From the IMG/VR virus record IMGVR_UViG_3300008117_000001: a stretch of 64,000 nucleotides of DNA. One strand, given 5' to 3'. Numbering within the stretch: position 1 is the first letter of the stretch; every line of letters begins with the position of its first letter. This document shows, piece after piece, positions 56,640 to 64,000 of this stretch. The notes under the pieces were generated by a model. It was not told where the DNA came from, did not search any database, and was given only the letters and a program-made list of their open reading frames with translations. The position numbers were made by a program, and so were the translations under genes. The DNA comes from a virus.

Positions 56640-56837
56640 TAGGGTTTATAATCAAGTTCAGCTGTATGAAAAAGAAATTTTCTTACGAGTAATATAAAAC
56701 ATTATTATGGAGATAAGAGTCTCCATAAGTTTAAGTATAGACTGAAACTCTTTAATACTTTTCATCAATTTAATCAAAAATAATTTAAGCTTTGACGAAA
56801 AGTCTTTGAGCATCTTTTTTCCTTTGTGAGGTTGTGT

Positions 56838-57230
56838 CTATTCAATTCTTTCCATAAGTTTAAGAGTAACCATATTTGGAGTGCATCTATGGGTTGGAAC
56901 ATCACTAATTCCAACAAGCATAGTGAGAATAGATCCGCATCCTGGACATTTCCATTTAGAACCTTTTTTGGTAGATTCTAACATATCTTGATAGTTGACT
57001 GGTTTAGGGTGCAGCATGCTATGAACTTTAGAAACTGAAAGATCAGAAAGTTCAGAAGAGTTATTTTTGGGTGCAACTTGTGGTTCAGATATTTTTACTT
57101 CTGGCGAAGCAAGCTTTATGACTGTGCTTTCCAAAGAAGTACAGGCAGGGCAAAGTAGCGGTTTTCTTCCACGGAGTCTAGTTCTTTTCCAAGTGGAAGA
57201 GCAAGAAGTGCAAGTGAGTTCTTCCTCCAT
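56838..57230 (-). CDS. double zinc-finger protein
   Basis: CTSC..CPAC and CPGC..HRC. Confidence 0.75.
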   Translation of the reverse strand: MEEELTCTSCSSTWKRTRLRGRKPLLCPACTSLESTVIKLASPEVKISEPQVAPKNNSSELSDLSVSKVHSMLHPKPVNYQDMLESTKKGSKWKCPGCGSILTMLVGISDVPTHRCTPNMVTLKLMERIE

Positions 57231-57243
57231 AAGAATCCTTTAA

Positions 57244-57609
57244 TTAACGAGAAAAGTTTATTTTTTCCTTTGATATTACCATAGCTTTAGGTATATTTAT
57301 GACCATACAAAAGTAATTATCTATAGTAACAGTAGAAGCTATAGTGTAATAATTTGATTTTCCATTGTCAGAAATAAGATAGCCTACAGTATGACAAATG
57401 TAGTCTTCTCTTTCTATGGAAGAACAATCATGCCACTCATCAGTCTCGGAAAAAGCATCTCTCCAAATAATATGGTAAACAGGGGCATCTTTTGTTAGTG
57501 ATTTAATTTTATCTTTTTTAATAAAAGATTTTACTTTTTTTTCACTAACTTGCTCGATAGGTAATATATTTTCTGCGGATTGCTGAGGCTCTTCAATTCT
57601 CTTTGACAT
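57244..57609 (-). CDS. conserved hypothetical phage protein
   Basis: IIWRDA..W..CHTVGYL..IPKAMV. Confidence 0.75.
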   Translation of the reverse strand: MSKRIEEPQQSAENILPIEQVSEKKVKSFIKKDKIKSLTKDAPVYHIIWRDAFSETDEWHDCSSIEREDYICHTVGYLISDNGKSNYYTIASTVTIDNYFCMVINIPKAMVISKEKINFSR

Positions 57610-57644
57610 ATTAGTCTCCTAGGATAATATAGCTATTAATGTAT

Positions 57645-57653
57645 ATTATACCA
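57645..57653 (-). promoter_or_regulatory. extended -10 promoter
   Basis: Minus-strand TGGTATAAT upstream of the 57609 start; AGGAG SD. Confidence 0.55.
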
Positions 57654-57782
57654 AAAAACTAATTAGTTTTGGTCAAAGAATCATAATTTACATAATAAGT
57701 TGTACCAAAGACAATTTTGGCTATATTATGGATTTCATCAGAGTTGCTGCAATAATCACTGGGAGTTAAAAATAAAGTGTTT

Positions 57783-58073
57783 TTATGTCTGGCTTTGTTC
57801 TTGCTTTTTCGTCTCTTGCTCAATGTTCACCGGTCCAGACTGTTCGGATGCAAAAGATATTCTTTCAGAAGAATAAGTGTCTCTTATTGTGAGATTAAAA
57901 TAATTACCCACAGAAGGGGCTGATATAAGAGATTCATAAACTTTTTTAGGAACTCTATGATAAGCCCAAATGGAGCCACTCTTAAATTCTATGACTAATG
58001 TCATAGCAAGCGAGCTCCATCCAATAGACTTTATAAAAGAACTATCTTTAGGTTCATTTATATAAATTGACAT
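57783..58073 (-). CDS. KTSC-domain protein
   Basis: SSFIKSIGW..LVIEFKSG..Y..VP..Y..L.SAPSVGNYFN..IR. Confidence 0.9.
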   Translation of the reverse strand: MSIYINEPKDSSFIKSIGWSSLAMTLVIEFKSGSIWAYHRVPKKVYESLISAPSVGNYFNLTIRDTYSSERISFASEQSGPVNIEQETKKQEQSQT

Positions 58074-58081
58074 TAAGAATC

Positions 58082-58549
58082 CTATGGGTAGTTGTGCACA
58101 GTTTTGGTAGTATGATCAACGTAGATTACTCTTTGATATATCTCAAATGGAGAAATATACTCACCATTAATAACTTTTACATCTTGACGAACTTGATATG
58201 TCAAACCATTAGACCAAGAAAAACCTTCAACAACATACCCTTGCTTTCTTCTCACCGCATAATATGGTGATGGAGAACCATCTTCCAACATTAAATAGCG
58301 GAAAGTAAAAAGAGGTATTGGAGAAAATAGATATTGACCAGTTTTGTCTTGAACTTTGCCAAAAAAGAGACAAAATTCAGACGACATTTTATCAATCTCA
58401 TCAAAGGTATATATATCTGGAGCACTATATCTGTAGTGTAAATAGTTATTAAGATAGTTGTGCTGAAGATATAGGTATGATTCCTCTTCGTCTATATCAG
58501 ACTCAACAAGATGCACGGTATGCAATGTTTTTATAAGAGGATCTATCAT
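58082..58549 (-). CDS. hypothetical protein
   Basis: 155 aa ORF. Confidence 0.7.
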   Translation of the reverse strand: MIDPLIKTLHTVHLVESDIDEEESYLYLQHNYLNNYLHYRYSAPDIYTFDEIDKMSSEFCLFFGKVQDKTGQYLFSPIPLFTFRYLMLEDGSPSPYYAVRRKQGYVVEGFSWSNGLTYQVRQDVKVINGEYISPFEIYQRVIYVDHTTKTVHNYP

Positions 58550-58553
58550 AATA

Positions 58554-58925
58554 TCACTCAGATGAAATAATGAGTTTTACATATAAAGTTTTACGTTCAA
58601 TAGCAGTAAGAAATTTTATAGCATTGTTGCGCCATTGATTTTCTTCAATAATATATTCTTCGATTTGATCTTGGGAAGCATAGTTATCACGCATATTTTT
58701 GATTTCAGCTTTAGTGTTTGCTTTGAATTGAGTAAGCTGAAGCTCTAGTTCCTTGCGAAGATTGCGAAGACAAAAAAGCCAAAGATCAAGATTATTAAAA
58801 AGTATAGTTTTTTCTTCAGAAGTGCAAGGCTTATTTTTTACGTCACGCAAAACTATATCTTGAAAAGATTTAAGATCACTATCGGTTAATTCAGATATGT
58901 GAGAAGTGCTCCATATATCAGTCAT
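58554..58925 (-). CDS. helical hypothetical protein
   Basis: 123 aa coiled coil. Confidence 0.7.
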   Translation of the reverse strand: MTDIWSTSHISELTDSDLKSFQDIVLRDVKNKPCTSEEKTILFNNLDLWLFCLRNLRKELELQLTQFKANTKAEIKNMRDNYASQDQIEEYIIEENQWRNNAIKFLTAIERKTLYVKLIISSE

Positions 58926-58933
58926 TTTTTACC

Positions 58934-59668
58934 TTACCGCTTATGAATAAAATCATAAGCTTGTTTTATGTCAATAGAAAAATGCTCTGGTGTATTACCA
59001 CCAGACTTTAGTATATACATTGGGGAATATGTAACAAGTATTGGCCAATAGCCAAGCCACATTATATTTCCGCGAGTCTCTTTAATTTTTATTTGGGAAC
59101 CAAAAAGAACAGATGCCGGAGTGGCGCCAAGGCAAAGAATCAACTTTGGATTTAACAATTGCAGTTCAAGATGAAGGTATGGAGAACAATTAATAACTTC
59201 CTGTTCTTCATACTTTCTTCTTACTGGACATCTATTGACATAAGTTAAGCAAAGTTGATCTGAAGAAAATCCAGCTTCCTTAAAAGCATTAACCATTAAG
59301 GTTATTGCTTCAGGGGATATAGAAGGAGAATCAACAACTATAACTACATCTGGATTTTCCACATTCCATTTTGGTAGCTCAGGAACACTATCAATCTTGC
59401 ATTTTCTACAATTTTTAGTTACGGTATGTAAATCTTTAATATTTGTAGAAATTTTTCTAGATAAAATATCAACACGAATATCATGAAAAAGTTGAGTAAT
59501 TTCAGATATTGCCATTCTATTTTCTAGCCTAGAATAGATAAGAGATAAAATATCTGTTTCAGCAAAACCTAAATATGCTTCTGAGCTACCAAATGGATGA
59601 TGATCTTCTTTTTGGGATAGGGCATTTTCGATAAGCTTTTGAAGATCTAGCTCATCGAAATCTTCCAT
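58934..59668 (-). CDS. uracil-DNA glycosylase family 4-like, degenerate catalytic motifs
   Basis: CRKC, NRCP, NCSPYL.LEL..LNPKLILCLG, RG, TYSPMYIL. Confidence 0.78.
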   Translation of the reverse strand: MEDFDELDLQKLIENALSQKEDHHPFGSSEAYLGFAETDILSLIYSRLENRMAISEITQLFHDIRVDILSRKISTNIKDLHTVTKNCRKCKIDSVPELPKWNVENPDVVIVVDSPSISPEAITLMVNAFKEAGFSSDQLCLTYVNRCPVRRKYEEQEVINCSPYLHLELQLLNPKLILCLGATPASVLFGSQIKIKETRGNIMWLGYWPILVTYSPMYILKSGGNTPEHFSIDIKQAYDFIHKR

Positions 59669-60093
59669 CAGAAGCTCGAAGGAATAGAAGCGCTAGACTG
59701 AGGAGCTGAAGCCTTTGTAGCGCCATCGGCAGCTGGCTTTGCGGCTCTACCAGAATAGGTAAGGTGCTCAGCAACAATGACGATTCTGGAACGGGCCTGA
59801 TCGTCCTGCTTCCAGCGCTCCTGAACAAGGCGTCCTACAATAGAAATTGTAGAGCCCTTCTTGAGCTTCGACTGGTCAATCTGAGTGCCAACAAAAGTGG
59901 CGTTCTTGCTGACAAATCCAGAGCTGTCCTTGAGGTAGTAAACTACATCGAAATAGCCAGAGTTATTGTCAGTATCCTTATCGGAACCAGAATAATCAAC
60001 CCCTATTCTGAGCTTCAGTATCTTTCCGTTAACGAGTTCTGGATCTGCAACCAGTCCTCCTGTAATATTAATTAGGTTATTAGGGTCTATCAT
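59668..60093 (-). CDS. ssb: single-stranded DNA-binding protein
   Basis: ITGGLVADPE, YFDVV, KKGSTISIVGRLVQERW, RSRIVIVAEH. Confidence 0.9.
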   Translation of the reverse strand: MIDPNNLINITGGLVADPELVNGKILKLRIGVDYSGSDKDTDNNSGYFDVVYYLKDSSGFVSKNATFVGTQIDQSKLKKGSTISIVGRLVQERWKQDDQARSRIVIVAEHLTYSGRAAKPAADGATKASAPQSSASIPSSF

Positions 60094-60326
60094 GGTTTCT
60101 CCTGTTCATTGGTTTCTATTGCTTTCTCAAAATGATCTACAATCTCTTTGAGATAATTAACTGATATTACTACAGCTTTTTCTGGACCATGTTCCATAAT
60201 ATTATGGTTGATCATGGAAACAAATAAATTGTAGATACCAGATTTAAGATCCATAATTATATCAGTAGGAATATAGTCTGGTTGTTCATCTATGAGAGAA
60301 TATTTCTCATCTTCATTATTTTGCAT
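60090..60326 (-). CDS. hypothetical protein
   Basis: 78 aa, coupled to neighbours. Confidence 0.65.
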   Translation of the reverse strand: MQNNEDEKYSLIDEQPDYIPTDIIMDLKSGIYNLFVSMINHNIMEHGPEKAVVISVNYLKEIVDHFEKAIETNEQEKP

Positions 60327-60622
60327 TATTTAACTCTCTTTGATAGTGCGGTGTCAATCATCTGACCTAAAGCTTTAATATCATTATAACCTTTATCGTA
60401 TAATATGGAAATGATAGGTTTAGGGTCAATATGATTGTATGTAATTAATTGAAGATTAAAAACATCGTTGAGAGTATAAATTCTATAATTGTTTAAATCT
60501 CTACGAGGAGCAGGATACTTTTGGTTTTTTTCTCTGTTTGATACGGTGAGCGTAGTAACATTGAGAATTTGAGCAACCTCAGATCTTGTAAAGATTGGTT
60601 CTGAAGTGTATGTTTTAGTCAA
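60326..60622 (-). CDS. MerR-type HTH protein
   Basis: FTRSEVAQILNVTTLTVSNREK..RRDLNNYRIYT. Confidence 0.85.
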   Translation of the reverse strand: MTKTYTSEPIFTRSEVAQILNVTTLTVSNREKNQKYPAPRRDLNNYRIYTLNDVFNLQLITYNHIDPKPIISILYDKGYNDIKALGQMIDTALSKRVK

Positions 60623-60686
60623 ATTTTTCTACCTTTATTTATGTTTATATAAATATATAGTAGCAAAAAATAAGAGATAATTCAAG

Positions 60687-61826
60687 TCAAATGAGAGAAG
60701 AAAGAGAAACAAAAACGTCAGAAATAACTTTATCTATTGAAGAATGATTCTGAAAAGTTGTTTCAGAGTTATTAATAAAGTTCTTAACGGCTTCATCAAA
60801 ATACAAAGGTGGAGACTGAAGAGAACGAAGATACTTGTAGTATCTATTCTCATTATAGTCATATAGATTTCCAGAATCTTCGGACTCTTCATGGGAAAGG
60901 CGAACATCATCAGGATCAATTCCGTAATGGTCAAAATAATCAAGAATTCTTGATGTGCCAATTTCTTGAATAGTTGAATGAACTCTTTCAGAGGTACAAG
61001 GATTCGGCCAAGGAATGGAAGATATATCATTAAGAGATATTTTTTCCCAAGCAGAAAAGACATGAGATATAAAAGAATAATCTATATAAAAAGTAAAAGG
61101 ACTAATCGGTGAAGCGAGAGGATAAAATGGGTTAGCCGAAAATTCAGAGCGACGGTTAATTTGAAAAATGCATTCAGCAATGTTCATTGTAAGATCAAGA
61201 TTTGATCCAGAGTTCCATATCCAATTATATGCTGCGTTAACAACGCCAGAAACGCTATTATCATAGCGATTTATTTCTTCCATGCTATCAAACATAGGAT
61301 TGCACAAAGTGGCATTATTATAAAAATTAAGAAGTGGTGGCAAATAAAGTCTTGAAGAAGAAAAGTCAGCACCCTGTAAAGAATGAGACATGAAGTACAT
61401 AGCTATTTGATTGGGATAATGTACTCCATTAAAAACGGAATATGAAACAAAATAAACAGTCCAAGGAATTGGAAGTCTGTATATATAATTTTTAGAATTA
61501 TCATAATCAATATTGTCAATAACAGCAGGAATTACTTGTATGTTATTATACGTAGGAGGACGTTCAAAGATAACAACTTTGTTATCAATATGAATTAATC
61601 CCGGAGGAAGTATTCCGGTATCAAAATGAAGTAAAGAGTTATCATTTGATTTGTTTAGATAGTTGATAACAGGAGATATTAATTCGGGGGAAATATCTAC
61701 AAAAAGAGAATTAACAGACAAACTATTGCGATAACAATCGTAGCCTATAGTATCTTCATAGTTGGGGTGATTAAAAGAAAAGCTTCTATAAGAAGAAGAA
61801 ATGTAATTAAAGTTTGACATATTCAT
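60687..61826 (-). CDS. prokaryotic E2 family D-like protein 1
   Basis: LPPGLI, FERPP, LPIPWTVYF, LYLPPLLNFYNNATLC, WNSGSNLDL. Confidence 0.65.
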   Translation of the reverse strand: MNMSNFNYISSSYRSFSFNHPNYEDTIGYDCYRNSLSVNSLFVDISPELISPVINYLNKSNDNSLLHFDTGILPPGLIHIDNKVVIFERPPTYNNIQVIPAVIDNIDYDNSKNYIYRLPIPWTVYFVSYSVFNGVHYPNQIAMYFMSHSLQGADFSSSRLYLPPLLNFYNNATLCNPMFDSMEEINRYDNSVSGVVNAAYNWIWNSGSNLDLTMNIAECIFQINRRSEFSANPFYPLASPISPFTFYIDYSFISHVFSAWEKISLNDISSIPWPNPCTSERVHSTIQEIGTSRILDYFDHYGIDPDDVRLSHEESEDSGNLYDYNENRYYKYLRSLQSPPLYFDEAVKNFINNSETTFQNHSSIDKVISDVFVSLSSLI

Positions 61827-63435
61827 CCTTAGAAACTACATCATACAATGCGGTTGATTGACAAGGGAAATAAAAATCGTTTTCAATATAAACTTTTAAC
61901 ATCTCCAAATAAAGATCATGAAGAGTCATATCGGAAGAAGAAGGATTAATAAAATAGATTTTAGAATCTTCAAAATTATAAATAGGAATAGAAGAATTTT
62001 GAAGAGAATCTAAAACAGACTTATTAATATTAATAGGAATATCTCCATTACTTAAGTGGTTGTTAAGATAGTTCATAGGACTGTAAGCAACTGGAGAATT
62101 GACTAAAATAATATTAGTAGTACTGGAGTCATATTCCGCATAAGACATGTTTTTAGCGGAAATAGAACTGATTAAATTACGAATGTAAGAACTATCTAGG
62201 GTACGATAATTTCTATGTTGAGACGTAATAGACTCAAAAGAAATAGGCTTAAAAGCAGAAGAATTGTGATGATTTGATGCAAATATAGAATTGTCTTTAT
62301 TCTTATCTATATCTTGATACATAAAATCTATTTCTTCAAGAAGAGCTAAAACCTCAGAAAGTGTAAAAGTAGAAATTATAGACAATATTGCATAATGAGA
62401 ATAATCATGAGGCAGATTAGCAAAAAACTTAGAAGGAGCAGATTTATATACGGAATATATCTTAGAGATTTTATTTAACCCTGCTTTTTCCATAGTTTCT
62501 TCATCTGGAGAAAAAAGTTTAATTAGATTAGGAATAGAAGAAAGAAATTTAGGATTAGGATTTTTAGCGTTAAGTTGATGATAAAATTTAGAAGTATAAA
62601 GATATAGCCAAGCATTAGTAAGATCTGCGTTCCAAGAACCAGCAAAAAACTCGTTGATCATATAGGCATACAATGAAGCAGGAGTTGTATTGGCGTTTTC
62701 CAATGGAAGGTCAGAGAGACTGCCGGAATAGCATATTCTTGAATCAGGATAAGTATTTGGAAGATATGTCGGATAGTAGTTATCGGACATTGAAGTCAAA
62801 GACTTATGAGAAAAATACATGTACTGAGATCCACCAGGATAATTTGGATTAAAGACATAGATTGTCCAAGGTATCCAAACAGTTTTTGGTGGAAGCTTTT
62901 TTTTATACGCAGAAGCACCACCGGGCTTATAATCTACTATGGCTTGAAAAGGAGGACGCTCAACAAATATAGTGCCGTCAGAAGAAATGTATCTTGTTGC
63001 TATTGGATAAGCAGATTTAGGAATAAAAGATTGAAAAGACTCGTTATAATATTTAGTTAAATCTTCGGTTGGAATTGAACACAACCGAGAAATCTGAGCT
63101 TGTACTAAAGAAGGAGGAGAAAGAGGTGTTGAATTATTATCCTTTTTTAGTTTATTAAATTTAACTTTATCTAAAGGATAAGCAGGAGAGAATATGTTAT
63201 CTACTTCTTCAAGCAGATGAGACTGAGTTATGTACTGTAACTTAAAAGATTCTACAGTACAATAAACTGCAGCTCTATAACCAGTAATATTAGCAGCATG
63301 AACGTATGCATAGGAGGAGCTAATACTGGCACTAGAAGAACTAGGATTATTATTATAATGAATCTCGTAAGAAGAGATATCTTCAGAATTAACTACTGAA
63401 TAAAAAGAACTGCAAGATTGAGATTGGAAAGACAT
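61807..63435 (-). CDS. prokaryotic E2 family D-like protein 2
   Basis: VERPP, WIPWTIYVF, YPTYLPNTYPDSRIC, FFAGSWNADL. Confidence 0.62.
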   Translation of the reverse strand: MSFQSQSCSSFYSVVNSEDISSYEIHYNNNPSSSSASISSSYAYVHAANITGYRAAVYCTVESFKLQYITQSHLLEEVDNIFSPAYPLDKVKFNKLKKDNNSTPLSPPSLVQAQISRLCSIPTEDLTKYYNESFQSFIPKSAYPIATRYISSDGTIFVERPPFQAIVDYKPGGASAYKKKLPPKTVWIPWTIYVFNPNYPGGSQYMYFSHKSLTSMSDNYYPTYLPNTYPDSRICYSGSLSDLPLENANTTPASLYAYMINEFFAGSWNADLTNAWLYLYTSKFYHQLNAKNPNPKFLSSIPNLIKLFSPDEETMEKAGLNKISKIYSVYKSAPSKFFANLPHDYSHYAILSIISTFTLSEVLALLEEIDFMYQDIDKNKDNSIFASNHHNSSAFKPISFESITSQHRNYRTLDSSYIRNLISSISAKNMSYAEYDSSTTNIILVNSPVAYSPMNYLNNHLSNGDIPININKSVLDSLQNSSIPIYNFEDSKIYFINPSSSDMTLHDLYLEMLKVYIENDFYFPCQSTALYDVVSKDEYVKL

Positions 63436-63436
63436 T

Positions 63437-64000
63437 TTAACCTGCCAATAGTGAAGTAATATAACTTTCTTTTTCTACATCTTTGTTTGAATCAGAAATT
63501 TCACTTTTTTCATTTTCAGAAATAGAATGAGAAGTAGATAGATAAGGATCAATATATTGGGTGTATATTGAAGTAGCTTCTTGTAGACACTCATCATAAG
63601 AAAGAGTTGATGGATAATTTAAAGTATTAATAGACTGATTAAGTGTATCATTATTAATAATAAATACATGATTACCTGCAGCTGTTAATGAATGAGTTAA
63701 GGAAAAGTTAATAGAAGAGGAAGAGTGAGAAGAAGCTATAGTATTTGAAAGTATCTCAGTCTTGATAGGAGAATAAAGTGGGCAAGAAGAAAAGGAACTA
63801 AAACTGCCACAAGAAGTAAAAGATTGAGTAGCAAGTTTTGGATGGGAGCAAGAATGAAAATCGCTAATAGTATTAGCATATTTATAGTGAGAAGATATAA
63901 CTACAGGAACTGAATTATCTGAAGATCTATGTGAATAATATTCACAAAGTGGAACATCTTGAGCAATAGTAGTGTAGTTAAAAAATGTAATTGTAGGAAA
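63437..64000 (-). CDS. Ser/Cys-rich hypothetical protein, C-terminal part (truncated by window end)
   Basis: Own translation: 188 open codons FPTITFFNY..LCEYY..HSCSHP..SCG..SCPLY..ITSLLAG-stop, ending 1 nt before the next ATG. Confidence 0.75.
   Translation of the reverse strand, partial: FPTITFFNYTTIAQDVPLCEYYSHRSSDNSVPVVISSHYKYANTISDFHSCSHPKLATQSFTSCGSFSSFSSCPLYSPIKTEILSNTIASSHSSSSINFSLTHSLTAAGNHVFIINNDTLNQSINTLNYPSTLSYDECLQEATSIYTQYIDPYLSTSHSISENEKSEISDSNKDVEKESYITSLLAG

Noticed and set aside
1-64000. Stop-codon reassignment, as in some large phages
   Set aside because: Standard-code ORFs tile the sequence densely, conserved proteins are full length, and no suppressor tRNA is seen

Overview
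This window is a gene-dense, AT-rich segment of a large tailed-phage genome, read in the standard genetic code. The host is probably an actinobacterium, possibly freshwater Acidimicrobiia-like. That is inferred from the DnaE polymerase, an LPxTG-anchored protein with Thr-rich linkers, a candidate leaderless transcript and tRNAs without encoded CCA. Layout: (1) 1-20.3 kb (+) covers nucleotide metabolism and replication (ThyX, dCMP deaminase, C5-MTase, helicase, AEP primase, DnaE, PD-(D/E)XK nucleases, sigma-like factor, RNase HI, dNMP kinase) with glycosyltransferases interspersed. (2) 20.3-32.7 kb (+) holds about a dozen tiny Lys-rich ORFs, an LPxTG surface protein, a lysis cassette, tRNA-Ser, a glycan-synthesis cluster and two HiPIP-like genes. 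(3) 32.7-49.5 kb has an LCCL surface protein (-), a collagen-like fibre, and Gly-rich and His-rich fibre proteins. These are followed by a modification cassette (2OG-Fe(II) oxygenases, flavin halogenase, methyltransferase-like, GT2) punctuated by three small putative paralogues. (4) 49.5-64 kb (-) carries small early-type genes, a GrpE-like gene, tRNA-Asn, KTSC, a degenerate family-4 UDG, SSB, a MerR-type HTH and two tandem Prok-E2_D-like genes. No capsid, terminase, integrase, rRNA or CRISPR array is visible. All family assignments come from motif recognition by eye; no database search was run.
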